Positions 49,291 to 58,960 of a DNA stretch of 64,000 bases are shown piece after piece. This stretch comes from Candidatus Woesearchaeota archaeon. GTDB lineage: Archaea > Nanobdellota > Nanobdellia > SCGC-AAA011-G17 > JACPIM01. A model generated the notes under the pieces. That model was given only the letters and a program-made list of their open reading frames with translations, did not search any database and had not been told where the DNA came from. Location of the stretch: positions 749 to 64,748 of the forward strand of contig CAZRVI010000001.1 in the NCBI GenBank assembly GCA_964603525.1, read 5' to 3'. Each line of letters starts with the position of its first letter. Position 1 is the stretch's first letter. Both the position numbers and the translations under genes were made by a program.

Positions 49291-51318
49291 TTGGAGCTGA
49301 TTATGTTAAATGCTGAAGAACAAATTAAAAGATTCAAGGATTTTATTGATACTATTTATAGAGATGATTTGAATGAGATGGTGAGAAAAGGCAGGAAATA
49401 TTTGATTATTGATTTTAATGAGCTAGTTAAATTTGATCCCGATTTAGCAGATTTTTTATTGGAGTTTCCTGATGATGGGATAAGGGCTGCTGAACTTTCA
49501 ATAGAGCAGTTCGATTTACCCTCACAGAATTATAGAGTTAGATTTTATAATTTGCCTGAATTACAGAATATTCGGATTAGAGATATTAGAAGTGAACATT
49601 TGAATAAATTTTTAGTGATAGAAGGAATTGTAAGACAATCAAGTGATATAAGACCCCAAGTTGTAAATGCAAAATTTGAATGTCCTGCTTGTGGTAATGT
49701 AATAACTATTTTACAAGTTGATACTAAATTTAAAGAACCAACAAGATGTACATGTGGTAGAAGGGGAAGATTTAGATTATTGGCTAAAGAGTTAGTTGAT
49801 GCACAAAGATTGATTATAGAAGAAACACCTGAATCTTTGGAAGGAGGAGAACAACCAAAAAGATTAAACATTTTTTTAAAAGAAGATTTAGTAGAGCCTA
49901 TTATGGAGAAAAAAACAACACCTGGAAGTAGGATTAAAGTTTCAGGTATTATTAAGGAAATTCCTATTTTTTTAAGAACAGGTGTTCAGAGCGTAAGATA
50001 TGATTTGGTAGTAGAGGCTAATTTTATTGAACCTGTTGAAGAGACTTATGAAGATATTGTTATTGGAAAAGAAGATGAGGAAAAAATAAAGGCTTTAGCT
50101 AAAGATCCAAGAATTTATGATAAATTAGTAAGAAGTATTGCTCCTTCTATTTGTGGTCATGATGATATAAAAGAGGCTTTGGTTTTGCAGTTAATGGGTG
50201 GTGTAAAAAAAGAGAAAGCTGATGGAACTATTATAAGAGGGGATATGCATATTTTGTTAGTTGGTGATCCTGGTGCTGCAAAAAGCACAATGTTGACTTA
50301 TATTTCAAAAGTTGCACCTAAAGCAAGATATGTTGCAGGAAGAAGTGCAACAGGTGCAGGCATTACTGCGAGTGTTGTTAAAGATGAATTTTTAAGAGGA
50401 TGGGCATTAGAAGCTGGAGCTTTAGTTTTATGTAATAAAGGAATTTTATGTCTCGATGAAATGGACAAAATGCGGGTTGAGGATACAAGTGCTTTGCATG
50501 AAGCAATGGCTCAACAGCAGATAAGCATTAGCAAGGCTAATATTCAAGCAACTTTACGTGCAGAGACAACTATTCTCGCTGCAGCAAACCCAAAATTAGG
50601 GAGATTTGATCCGTATCAGCCTATTGCAATACAAATAGATTTGCCTCCAACATTGATTAATAGATTTGATTTGATTTTCCCTGTTAGAGATTTACCTGAT
50701 AAAAAAATGGATGATAAAATTGCAACACATGTTCTAAAATCACAGAAAGATAGTATGAGTGTTGAACCTGAAATTGAGATTTCTTTATTGAGAAAATATA
50801 TTTCTTATACAAGACGAAATGTATTCCCAAAATTAACCGATAGTGCAATAGAAGAACTTAAAAAATTTTATGTTACATTAAGGAATACAGGAAGTACAGG
50901 AGATGATGCTATAAAACCTATTCCTATATCTGCAAGGCAATTAGAAGCGTTAGTAAGGTTGGCTGAAGGGAGTGCAAGAGTTAGATTGGGTACAAGAGTA
51001 ACTAAATTAGATGCACAAAGAGCAATCAGGATTTTAAAATATTGTTTGATGCAAGTTGGTTTTGATTATGAAACTGGAAAGATTGATATTGATAGAATTA
51101 CAACAGGAATTCCTGCAGCGCAAAGAAACAAAATCGTTATAATTAGAGAAATAATCAATTCTTTAGAGAAAAAAACTAAAACGATTCCTATTGAAGAAAT
51201 AATGAGTGAAGCAGTTGCTAAGGGTTTAAATGAAGCTAAAGTTGAAGAGGTAATTGAAAGATTAAAGAGAGAGGGGGAAATTTTTGAGCCAAGAGCAGGC
51301 TTTATTAGTAAGGTATAA
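49291..51318 (+). CDS. mcm: MCM replicative helicase
   Basis: Has a zinc finger (CPACGN...CTCG), Walker A GDPGAAKS, Walker B CLDEMDKM, an arginine finger SARQ and a C-terminal wH. Confidence 0.9.
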   Translation: MELIMLNAEEQIKRFKDFIDTIYRDDLNEMVRKGRKYLIIDFNELVKFDPDLADFLLEFPDDGIRAAELSIEQFDLPSQNYRVRFYNLPELQNIRIRDIRSEHLNKFLVIEGIVRQSSDIRPQVVNAKFECPACGNVITILQVDTKFKEPTRCTCGRRGRFRLLAKELVDAQRLIIEETPESLEGGEQPKRLNIFLKEDLVEPIMEKKTTPGSRIKVSGIIKEIPIFLRTGVQSVRYDLVVEANFIEPVEETYEDIVIGKEDEEKIKALAKDPRIYDKLVRSIAPSICGHDDIKEALVLQLMGGVKKEKADGTIIRGDMHILLVGDPGAAKSTMLTYISKVAPKARYVAGRSATGAGITASVVKDEFLRGWALEAGALVLCNKGILCLDEMDKMRVEDTSALHEAMAQQQISISKANIQATLRAETTILAAANPKLGRFDPYQPIAIQIDLPPTLINRFDLIFPVRDLPDKKMDDKIATHVLKSQKDSMSVEPEIEISLLRKYISYTRRNVFPKLTDSAIEELKKFYVTLRNTGSTGDDAIKPIPISARQLEALVRLAEGSARVRLGTRVTKLDAQRAIRILKYCLMQVGFDYETGKIDIDRITTGIPAAQRNKIVIIREIINSLEKKTKTIPIEEIMSEAVAKGLNEAKVEEVIERLKREGEIFEPRAGFISKV

Positions 51319-51938
51319 TGGTCCAGAAAAGACAAACAGCTTATAAAATAAGAATCTCTGATTTGCTTAGAGGTACTTATGTTAAACAAGAGGGGGAATG
51401 GGAACCAAATTATGTTCTCTTTAAAGATAAAAAGATTTCTAGAATTAATATAATTGCAAATCTTATTGATAAATATGAGAATGATGATAAAAGTTATGGA
51501 GCAATTGATTTAGATGATGGTTCTGGTGTTATAAGGGGGAAAGTTTGGAAGGAGGACATAAAATTGATTGAAAATGTAAAAATTGGTGATTTGGTTTTGG
51601 TTATTGCTAAAATAAGGGAGTTAAATGATGAAAGATATTTAGTATTAGAATCTGTTAGAGTTTTAAGAAATCCTGCATGGGCAGAGTTAAGGAAATTAGA
51701 ATTAAATAAATTGTGGGGGGAAGAGACAAAAGGAATAAGAAAAGAGAAGGTTAAAGATACAATAATTAGTCCAAGACAGAAGATTTTATCCTTTATAGAG
51801 AGTGTTGGTGAAGTTAATGAGGAAAAAATTTTAAATGAAATTGGTTTGAATAAAGAAGAAGTTTTAAAAATAATAGAAGATTTGATTAGAGAAGGAGAAA
51901 TTTACAGGCCAACACCCGGTTTGTTAAGGATGGTATAA
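51318..51938 (+). CDS. OB-fold plus winged-helix protein (RPA32-like)
   Basis: OB fold (DLDDGSGVIRGKVW), then a C-terminal wH (ILSFIESVGEVNEEKILNEIGL). Its start overlaps the mcm stop. Confidence 0.4.
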   Translation: MVQKRQTAYKIRISDLLRGTYVKQEGEWEPNYVLFKDKKISRINIIANLIDKYENDDKSYGAIDLDDGSGVIRGKVWKEDIKLIENVKIGDLVLVIAKIRELNDERYLVLESVRVLRNPAWAELRKLELNKLWGEETKGIRKEKVKDTIISPRQKILSFIESVGEVNEEKILNEIGLNKEEVLKIIEDLIREGEIYRPTPGLLRMV

Positions 51939-52346
51939 ATGGAATATGAAAATATGTTGATTGAAGCAAAGAAAAAATTACCTCAATTAAAAGAAAAGAA
52001 AGAGAGATTTGAGATACCTAGAGTTAAAGGACATATAGAAGGAAACAAAACAATAATTACTAATTTTTTACAAATTTGTAATGTGTTACATAGAGAGCCA
52101 CAACAATTGGTTAAATATTTACAAAGAGAGTTAGCTACACCAGCTGTTTTGAAGGATAAAAGATTGGTGTTTGGTAGAAAAGTAAACTCAGCTTTATTAA
52201 ATGAGAAAATAGAAAAATATGCAAAAGATTTTGTAATTTGTAAAGAATGTAACAGGCCTGATACACAACTTATTAAGGAGGATAGGGTTTTATTTATTAA
52301 ATGTACTGCCTGTGGTGCGAAACATACTGTTAGAGCTAAAATATGA
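51939..52346 (+). CDS. eif2b: Translation initiation factor aIF2 beta subunit
   Basis: Has a C-terminal C4 zinc ribbon (CKECNRPDT...CTACGA). Confidence 0.85.
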   Translation: MEYENMLIEAKKKLPQLKEKKERFEIPRVKGHIEGNKTIITNFLQICNVLHREPQQLVKYLQRELATPAVLKDKRLVFGRKVNSALLNEKIEKYAKDFVICKECNRPDTQLIKEDRVLFIKCTACGAKHTVRAKI

Positions 52347-52636
52347 TTTATATTAAGTTTCATAAAGGTAGATTAAGTGAAGTAGTATCTGTTTGTGATA
52401 AAGATTTAATTGGAAAAAATTTTTCTACCAAAAAATTATGTTTGAATATTAAAAAAGATTTTTATAAAGGAGAGTTAATGGAAGAAAAAGAAATAAAAAA
52501 AATCTTAAAGAGTGCAAGTAACTTAAACATAGTTGGTGAGAGATCTATTAAGTTGGCTTTAAAAGAAAAAATTATTGATAAGGATAATATTATAAGAATA
52601 AAAGGGGTTCCCCATGCACAAATTTATTCTGTCTAA
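52343..52636 (+). CDS. DUF424-like small protein
   Basis: VVSVCDKDLIGK...FYKGE pattern. Confidence 0.35.
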   Translation: MIYIKFHKGRLSEVVSVCDKDLIGKNFSTKKLCLNIKKDFYKGELMEEKEIKKILKSASNLNIVGERSIKLALKEKIIDKDNIIRIKGVPHAQIYSV

Positions 52637-52946
52637 AGACCAATATTACGAAGCGATTTTACAATTAAGACCAAAAAATAAAGAGGTTTTAGATTATGTT
52701 CTAAGACAACTTGAAAAAAGGAAGAATATTTTTATTTCTAAAAAAGTTGAATTGAAAAAGGGTGTTGATTTGTATATTAGTGATAAGAGGTTTACAAGAG
52801 CTTTAGGAAAGAAATTAAAAAAGTCTTTTAGAGGCGAGTTGAAGTTAAGTAGAAAGTTGTATGGTTATGATAGACAAAAAAGTAAAAAAATTTATAGATT
52901 AACTGTTTTGTTTAGATTGAAGAATTTTGATGAAACTTTAGGATAA
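52614..52946 (+). CDS. Hypothetical basic protein (possibly an NMD3-like fragment)
   Basis: YEAILQLRP segment; weak. Confidence 0.2.
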   Translation: MHKFILSKDQYYEAILQLRPKNKEVLDYVLRQLEKRKNIFISKKVELKKGVDLYISDKRFTRALGKKLKKSFRGELKLSRKLYGYDRQKSKKIYRLTVLFRLKNFDETLG

Positions 52947-53011
52947 TCTGAAGAAGTTAATTTTCAGCGGTTAACATAAGTTTTATAAATAAAACTGTTT
53001 CTTTTTGTTTT

Positions 53012-53356
53012 ATGTCAAGGAAGAAAGAAGAACAGGAAAGACAAGAGAGAATAGCTGAGGAGATTAGGAGAGTTAAATTACCTAAAGATAAGCAGGTTAT
53101 TGGTATTTTGGACCAAAGGTTGGGTGGTAGCAGAATGAAGATTAGATGTTTGGATGGAAGAACAAGAATTTGTAGGATTCCTGGGAGGTTGAAGAGGAGA
53201 ATGTGGTTAAGAGAAGGTGATGTTGTTTTAGTTGAGCCATGGGAATTAGGAGGAGATGAAAGAGGAGATGTTATTTTTAAGTACAAAGGTGTGCAAATTG
53301 ATTGGCTAAGGAAGAAGGGCTATTTAAAAAAATTAGATGAATTTGAAGAGTTCTAA
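53012..53356 (+). CDS. eif1a: Translation initiation factor aIF1A
   Basis: GGSRMKIRCLDGRTRICRIPGRLKRRMWLREGDVVLVEPWE. Confidence 0.9.
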   Translation: MSRKKEEQERQERIAEEIRRVKLPKDKQVIGILDQRLGGSRMKIRCLDGRTRICRIPGRLKRRMWLREGDVVLVEPWELGGDERGDVIFKYKGVQIDWLRKKGYLKKLDEFEEF

Positions 53357-53864
53357 TATGGGAGAAATAAAAATTCCTAAATCAAGAATTGCTATCTTGA
53401 TTGGAAAAAAAGGGGAAATTAAAAAGAAAATAGAAAGCTTAACCAAAATGAAATTAAATATTTCTAGAGAGGGAGATGTTATTGTAGGCGGTGAAGGATT
53501 GGGTAATTATCTTGCTGTTCAGGTTGTAAGAGCAATTGGTAGGGGATTTAATCCTGAAGTTGCTTTGAGATTATTGAAAGAAGGTTTTATTTTAGAGATA
53601 ATTAATATTAAAGAATATACTGGTAAAGCAGAAAAGAAATTTATTAGAATCAAAGGGAGATTAATTGGAAGACAAGGACGTGTTTGGAAAAAGATCGAGG
53701 AGAAAACAAATACAAATATTTCGATTTATGGTAAGACGATTGCTATTATAGGATGTGTGGATGATGTTTCTTTGGCAAGAAGAGCTTTTGAGAAGTTACT
53801 TAAGGGATCTCCTCATGGTAAAGTTTATAAATTTATAGAATTGGAATTGGAAAAAAAGGAGTGA
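53337..53864 (+). CDS. KH-domain RNA-binding protein (Dim2/Pno1-like)
   Basis: Two KH motifs (IGKKGE, IGRQGR). The true start may be the Met at 53358. Confidence 0.7.
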   Translation: MNLKSSNMGEIKIPKSRIAILIGKKGEIKKKIESLTKMKLNISREGDVIVGGEGLGNYLAVQVVRAIGRGFNPEVALRLLKEGFILEIINIKEYTGKAEKKFIRIKGRLIGRQGRVWKKIEEKTNTNISIYGKTIAIIGCVDDVSLARRAFEKLLKGSPHGKVYKFIELELEKKE

Positions 53865-55441
53865 TTAGGATAGTAAAAAACAATATTAGAGCATATGAAT
53901 TAGCGAAAGAGCAAAAAGAAATTTCTATTTCAGAATTTTTTACAAAAAACAGGCATTTGTTAGGTTTTGATAATCCTGTTAGGGCTTTATTAACAACTAT
54001 TAAAGAGCTGGTTGATAATAGTTTAGATGCATGTGATGAGATGAAGGTCTTGCCAGATATAATGGTCCAAATTAGTTCTGTATCTGAGAATAGATATAGA
54101 GTTGTTGTTGAAGATAATGGTCCTGGTATTGTTAAGCAACAGATTCCAAATATTTTTGCAAAGTTGCTATATGGAAGCAAGTTTTTTAAATTAAGACAAT
54201 CTAGAGGGCAACAAGGGATAGGAGTTTCAGCGAGTGTATTATATGGACAATTAACTACAGGTAAAAGTGCAAAGATTATTAGTAAGATTGATCCTAAAAA
54301 ACCTGCACATTATTATGGGTTACATATTGATACTGCAAGAAATGAACCTGAAATTTTGAAGGAAGAAGTTGTTAAGTGGGATAAGGATCATGGAACTAAA
54401 GTTGAGATAGAGTTGGAAGGGAATTATAAATTTGGTGCGAGGTATATAGAATCGTATTTAAAGCAAACTGCGATGGTTAATCCTCATTTAAAATTGATTT
54501 ATATTGATCCTGAAAAAAAGAAAAAAACTTTTTCTAGAGCTGTTAGTGAGTTACCTACGGAGCCAAAAGCAATTAAACCTCACCCACATGGTATTGAGTT
54601 AGGGATTTTGATGAATATGTTAAAGAATACAAAAGCAAGAACAATTCAGAGTTTTTTGACTAATGATTTTTGTAGGGTTGGTAGTAAGACAGCAAAAAAT
54701 ATTTGTGATATGGCTAAGATTAATACAAATGCAAGACCTAAAAGGATTGCGAGACAGGAAGCAGACAATTTGTTACAAGCGATTAAGAAAACAAAGTTAA
54801 TTGCTCCTCCTACAGATTGTTTGAGTCCAATTGGTTCCAGCTTATTAGAAAAAGGTTTAAAAAAGGAAGTAAATGCAGAGTTCTTTACTGCTATTACAAG
54901 ACCACCAAGTGTTTATAGAGGTATGCCTTTTCAAATTGAGGCGGCTATTGCGTATGGAGGAGATTTAGATAAAGAAGGTAATGTTAAGGTAATGAGGTTT
55001 GCGAATAAAGTTCCTTTACTTTATCAGCAAGGTGCATGTGCAATTACAAAGAGTATACAGCAGACTAAATGGAGATCTTATGGGTTACAACAAAGTGGAA
55101 ATAATATTCCTGTTGGGCCTGCAATGATAGTTGTTCATATAGCAAGTGTTTGGGTTCCATTTACTTCTGAAAGTAAAGAGGCTATTGCTCATTATCCTGA
55201 GATTATTAAGGAGGTTAAATTAGCTTTACAGGAATGTGGTAGACAATTATCAAGATATATTAGAAGGAAAATAAGATCTAAAGAGCAAAAAGAAAGAGTT
55301 AATTTGTTTGAAAAGTATATACCGGAGATTGCAATTTCATTATCAAACATTTCTGGTATTTCTAGAATTAAAATAGAGAATGATTTAAATAAGATATTGA
55401 AAAAAAACACAAATCAAATAATTAAAGAAGGAGAAATTTAG
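53861..55441 (+). CDS. top6B: DNA topoisomerase VI subunit B
   Basis: Has a GHKL ATPase Bergerat fold (ELVDNSLDA, DNGPGI, GQQGIG) and a transducer domain. Confidence 0.9.
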   Translation: MIRIVKNNIRAYELAKEQKEISISEFFTKNRHLLGFDNPVRALLTTIKELVDNSLDACDEMKVLPDIMVQISSVSENRYRVVVEDNGPGIVKQQIPNIFAKLLYGSKFFKLRQSRGQQGIGVSASVLYGQLTTGKSAKIISKIDPKKPAHYYGLHIDTARNEPEILKEEVVKWDKDHGTKVEIELEGNYKFGARYIESYLKQTAMVNPHLKLIYIDPEKKKKTFSRAVSELPTEPKAIKPHPHGIELGILMNMLKNTKARTIQSFLTNDFCRVGSKTAKNICDMAKINTNARPKRIARQEADNLLQAIKKTKLIAPPTDCLSPIGSSLLEKGLKKEVNAEFFTAITRPPSVYRGMPFQIEAAIAYGGDLDKEGNVKVMRFANKVPLLYQQGACAITKSIQQTKWRSYGLQQSGNNIPVGPAMIVVHIASVWVPFTSESKEAIAHYPEIIKEVKLALQECGRQLSRYIRRKIRSKEQKERVNLFEKYIPEIAISLSNISGISRIKIENDLNKILKKNTNQIIKEGEI

Positions 55442-55443
55442 AA

Positions 55444-56535
55444 ATGAGGAAAAAGAAGAAACTAAAAGTTAAAGAAAGTTTAAAGAATTTTGGTAAAGAT
55501 TTAGTTAAACAGCTTAGTAAAGGCAAAAATCCTTCAATTAGTTTTCCTTTAAGAAGTTTGTCTAATATAAACTTTAATAAAAAAACAAAAACCTTGGAAT
55601 TAGGAGATAAAAAGCAAAGGAGAGATTTTTTTAATGTTGGTCATGCAAAAAAATTTATGCAAACTTTAGAAGTAGCATCTGTAAGTAGAAATTTACTTAA
55701 TGAAGGAAAACATGCAAGTTTAAGGGATGTTTTTTATCAACTTAAAAGAACAATTCCTAAATCCAACATAAATATTGTGGATGATCAAACAGAATCGGAT
55801 TCTGTTATTATGGATTTAGAGTTAATTACTGGTTTTTCAAGAGAACAATTACATATTAATGCTAATAAAAATGGTTCTGTTGTAGGGAAGGTTATTATTG
55901 AAGATAGAGGAGACAAAATAGATTGGTCTAAATTAGGTTCTGGTGGTTGGAGTATACCTAGTAATGTTGAGGATATAAAATTTAAGAAAGTTAATGCTAA
56001 GTATGTTTTATATATGGAAAAAGCTGCTGTTTGGGAGAGATTACATGAAGATAAGTTTTGGGATAAACAAAAATGTATTATAATGTCTTCACAAGGTCAA
56101 ACAACAAGGGGTATAAGAAGATTGTTGCAAAGATTTTATAATGAATTTAGATTGCCAATTTATGTTTTAACTGACTTTGATCCTTGGGGATTTTATATTT
56201 ATTCTGTTATTAAATTTGGTTCAATAGCTTTGGCTTATTTATCTGAAAAATTAACCATTCCTAGTGTTGAGTTTTTAGGAATAACTGCACAAGATATCGA
56301 AAATTATAAACTACATAAATATCTAATTAAATTAAAGGATACTGATATGAATAGATTGAAACAATTATCAAAATATAAATGGTTTGAAAATAATAAAGCT
56401 TGGCAAAAACAATTTAAAGCAATGAAACAAATGAAAGCAAAAGCAGAAATTCAAGCATTAAGTGGGAAGGGTATTAGTTTTATTTCTGAGAAATATTTAC
56501 CTGAGAAAATTAGGAAAAAAGATTTTATTGATTGA
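55444..56535 (+). CDS. top6A: DNA topoisomerase VI subunit A (Spo11 homolog)
   Basis: Has a winged helix with the catalytic Tyr region and a Toprim domain (EKAAVWERL, TDFDPWG). Confidence 0.9.
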   Translation: MRKKKKLKVKESLKNFGKDLVKQLSKGKNPSISFPLRSLSNINFNKKTKTLELGDKKQRRDFFNVGHAKKFMQTLEVASVSRNLLNEGKHASLRDVFYQLKRTIPKSNINIVDDQTESDSVIMDLELITGFSREQLHINANKNGSVVGKVIIEDRGDKIDWSKLGSGGWSIPSNVEDIKFKKVNAKYVLYMEKAAVWERLHEDKFWDKQKCIIMSSQGQTTRGIRRLLQRFYNEFRLPIYVLTDFDPWGFYIYSVIKFGSIALAYLSEKLTIPSVEFLGITAQDIENYKLHKYLIKLKDTDMNRLKQLSKYKWFENNKAWQKQFKAMKQMKAKAEIQALSGKGISFISEKYLPEKIRKKDFID

Positions 56536-56627
56536 AACTTTGAACCAAATTTTTTAAGTAGTTTACTTTTTTGTTTAATGGGTTTATAGAAATGTTTTTA
56601 AAGCAAAATTTTTTTATGAATAAAGGT

Positions 56628-56779
56628 GTCCCCGTAGCTCAGTGGTTAGAGCACACGGCTTTATCAAATAAATAAAGTGTGAAGCTGTTAACCATTGATA
56701 GATACCGTGGAGCATTGTATGTGCGGAATGTCGGAGGTTCGAAAAAGCTTAAAAGGCTTAGGAATTCCTCCCGGGGGCG
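56628..56779 (+). tRNA. tRNA gene of about 152 nt with multiple insertions. One is a long intron in the anticodon arm, one a 22-nt insertion in the T-loop, and there is a long variable region. The anticodon is unresolved
   Basis: The acceptor GTCCCCG pairs with CGGGGGC (one G-U pair). The D-arm is GCTC-AGTGGTTA-GAGC. The anticodon stem CACGG pairs with CCGTG 46 nt away. The T-stem GGAGG and CCTCC flank TTCGAAA plus an AAGC..GCTT hairpin. Confidence 0.6.
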
Positions 56780-56783
56780 CTTT

Positions 56784-56890
56784 GGTCCGGTGGCTCAGTC
56801 TGGTTAGAGCACTCGACTAAATTTAGGGTGAAACTGATAACTGGATTGTTAGAGATCGAGAGGTCGCAGGTTCAAATCCTGCCCGGACCA
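56784..56890 (+). tRNA. tRNA gene with an anticodon-arm intron of about 34 nt; anticodon unresolved
   Basis: The acceptor GGTCCGG pairs perfectly with CCGGACC and the discriminator is A. The D-arm is GCTC-AGTCTGGTTA-GAGC. The anticodon stem CTCGA pairs with TCGAG 39 nt away. Variable loop AGGTC. The T-arm is GCAGG-TTCAAAT-CCTGC. It starts 4 nt after the previous tRNA. Confidence 0.75.
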
Positions 56891-56901
56891 TTTTTTAAAA
56901 A

Positions 56902-57168
56902 ATGATAGTTAAACTATTGGGGTTAATTGATTTATTAGCAGCTGTTTTTATTATTCTGTTGAGGTTTAATATAGGGAATAAAATTGCTTTTGTTATTGCT
57001 ATTATATTATTGATTAAATCTATTATATTTTTAACAAGTTTTACTAGTTGGATTGATATAATTTCAGGGATTTTTTTAATATTAGCTGTTTATGGGCATT
57101 ATTATTTTTTTACATGGATATTTGCTTTATGGCTGTTCCAGAAAGGGGTTATTAGTGTGTTCTCTTAA
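56902..57168 (+). CDS. Small 3-TM membrane protein
   Basis: 88 aa, entirely hydrophobic helices. Confidence 0.3.
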   Translation: MIVKLLGLIDLLAAVFIILLRFNIGNKIAFVIAIILLIKSIIFLTSFTSWIDIISGIFLILAVYGHYYFFTWIFALWLFQKGVISVFS

Positions 57169-57930
57169 TTATTTAACTTCTTTATAATAATAGAAAATAA
57201 TTAAAGCGATTATTGAGAATATTACTGCGATTGTTGTTGCTGTAAGGGCGTTAATGAAGTGGAGTAGTATTGTTGTTATTAAGATGAATGCTAATCCGAA
57301 TATATATAGGTTTTTAGAGCCGAAAAATATTTTGCAACCTGCTATTCCTGGTAGAGGCACCATATAAGAGATTGCAATAAAGGAATTAACGATAATTAAA
57401 GGATAAAATATGTTTTTGTTAATCAGAGCTAATATTATTGCAAAAGCGATATTAGCTAGTGGTCCAGACAAAGCTATTTTTGCTGTTTCGTATTCCGTTA
57501 GTTGTGTATATTTTCTTCCTATCCTATAAGCAGGGATTATTTTTGTTGTAAATGAAAGTGATGCGGCGAACAAGATTTGTCCTGTTGAAAATATCGCTAT
57601 GATTATTGGCAGTATAATTCCTGTTGGAAAATAAGGTATTTTATAGTTTAAGATTTTTATTGGGAGTTTTGATGATTTCCAAATTCCGAATCTTTTTGTT
57701 GTCCATAATTTGTAAGAAGATACAGCGCCATATTTTGTACTAAAATATTTTTGTGTTAAGGTATGAATTAATAAAGCTATTAGTGAGAATATTGTAAGTT
57801 TTATGAAATTGGAAAACCAATATAAAAGTTCAAATACATGTTTTTTATCATCAAAACCGAATACAAACCCTGCTACTAAAGCAGCTATTATTAATGTGTT
57901 AATTTCTTTTTTTTGAAATTTAATTTTAAT
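57169..57930 (-). CDS. Polytopic membrane domain, probably the C-terminal half of the TraB-family protein, separated from it by a 1-nt frameshift in an A8 run
   Basis: The frame is open from 57930 to 57169 (about 250 aa, 6-7 TM helices) with no ATG, and the ORF track starts it at an internal TTG. It becomes contiguous with the upstream TraB frame if one A is added or removed in the A8 tract at 57906-57913. Confidence 0.5.
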   Translation of the reverse strand: MKIKFQKKEINTLIIAALVAGFVFGFDDKKHVFELLYWFSNFIKLTIFSLIALLIHTLTQKYFSTKYGAVSSYKLWTTKRFGIWKSSKLPIKILNYKIPYFPTGIILPIIIAIFSTGQILFAASLSFTTKIIPAYRIGRKYTQLTEYETAKIALSGPLANIAFAIILALINKNIFYPLIIVNSFIAISYMVPLPGIAGCKIFFGSKNLYIFGLAFILITTILLHFINALTATTIAVIFSIIALIIFYYYKEVK

Positions 57931-58580
57931 TCACCTAAGACCTGTTTTTCGTGTCCTGCGCCTATGATTGCAAGTATTTTCTTATTTGGGTATAATATAG
58001 AGAGATTATATAAATTTTTTGCAAGGACTTTGTTTCTATCTTTAACTAGAATTTTATAGAATGATGGATATGATTTTTTAATTTTTTTGAGTAATTTGTT
58101 TACTAGTTTTTGAGAAGGCACTTTTTTTAAATCAAATTTTATTTTGTTCTTTTTTGAAAATAATGATGTAAATATTTCTTTTATAAATGTAAATTTTTCT
58201 TTCCAAGTGATTTCTTTCATTAATCTTTTGATTGTTATTTGAATGTCCTGGTCTATTAAAGCGATTCTTGCTTTTATTTTTTTAGCGAGTTTGATTGCGG
58301 TTTTCATTTCTGATCCGGGTGCAACTCCTGTATATTTTCCTAATTTTTTTTCTATCCATGCACCGATTAAATTAAAGAGAAAGCCCTTGAATCCTAGAGA
58401 TTTAATATCTGAGAATTTAAGTTTCCTAGTTTTGGATAGCAAGGAGGAATATCTTTTTTTATCTAATTCTAAAGCAATTATTTCAGGTTTTATTTCAGTG
58501 ATTTTTTTGGTGACTTCTTTTATGCTTTCAGGTGATATATGAGAGGTTCCTATTATAGATATATTCTTGAATGTTTTCAT
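57891..58580 (-). CDS. TraB/PrgY/GumN-family protein, N-terminal domain
   Basis: IIGTSHISPESIKEV...PEIIALELDKKR...AIIGAGH matches TraB-family motifs. Confidence 0.65.
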   Translation of the reverse strand: MKTFKNISIIGTSHISPESIKEVTKKITEIKPEIIALELDKKRYSSLLSKTRKLKFSDIKSLGFKGFLFNLIGAWIEKKLGKYTGVAPGSEMKTAIKLAKKIKARIALIDQDIQITIKRLMKEITWKEKFTFIKEIFTSLFSKKNKIKFDLKKVPSQKLVNKLLKKIKKSYPSFYKILVKDRNKVLAKNLYNLSILYPNKKILAIIGAGHEKQVLGELKLNFKKKKLTH

Positions 58581-58586
58581 TAAGGA

Positions 58587-58913
58587 ATGAAAATATTTAA
58601 ATACTTAAAAAGATTTGCTATTTTAAATTGGAGGTTAAAAATGGTTTTAAATATTAAGAAGATATCTGATGTTTTTAATATGAAAGTTTTTACTGATCAG
58701 GGTGAATATTTTGGTGATGTTGAGGAAACTATATTAACTCTTAATAAAGTTTTTGGATGGAAAGTTAGAGCAACTAAGAATTCTACTTTATCAAGGATTT
58801 TGGGTGGTGCAAAAGGGGTTATAGTACCACATCAGTTGGTTAAAGCTATTGGAAATATTATGATTATTAGTAAAGCAGCTATTCCTAGCTATGAAGAGAA
58901 AGAAGAAGTTTAA
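58587..58913 (+). CDS. PRC-barrel domain protein
   Basis: VFTDQGEYFGDVEETIL...GVIVPHQLVKAIGNIMIIS. Confidence 0.5.
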   Translation: MKIFKYLKRFAILNWRLKMVLNIKKISDVFNMKVFTDQGEYFGDVEETILTLNKVFGWKVRATKNSTLSRILGGAKGVIVPHQLVKAIGNIMIISKAAIPSYEEKEEV

Positions 58914-58960
58914 TTTCTAAATGATAAGATTTATATATTAAAGGAATTCTTTTTATTATT

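Noticed and set aside
56628-56779. A suppressor tRNA (anticodon UUA reading UAA/UAG) implying stop-codon reassignment.
   Set aside because: Genes throughout the window terminate cleanly at TAA and TAG with full-length, motif-complete products. The UUA reading comes only from assuming a canonical 37/38 intron. Non-canonical splicing is more likely.
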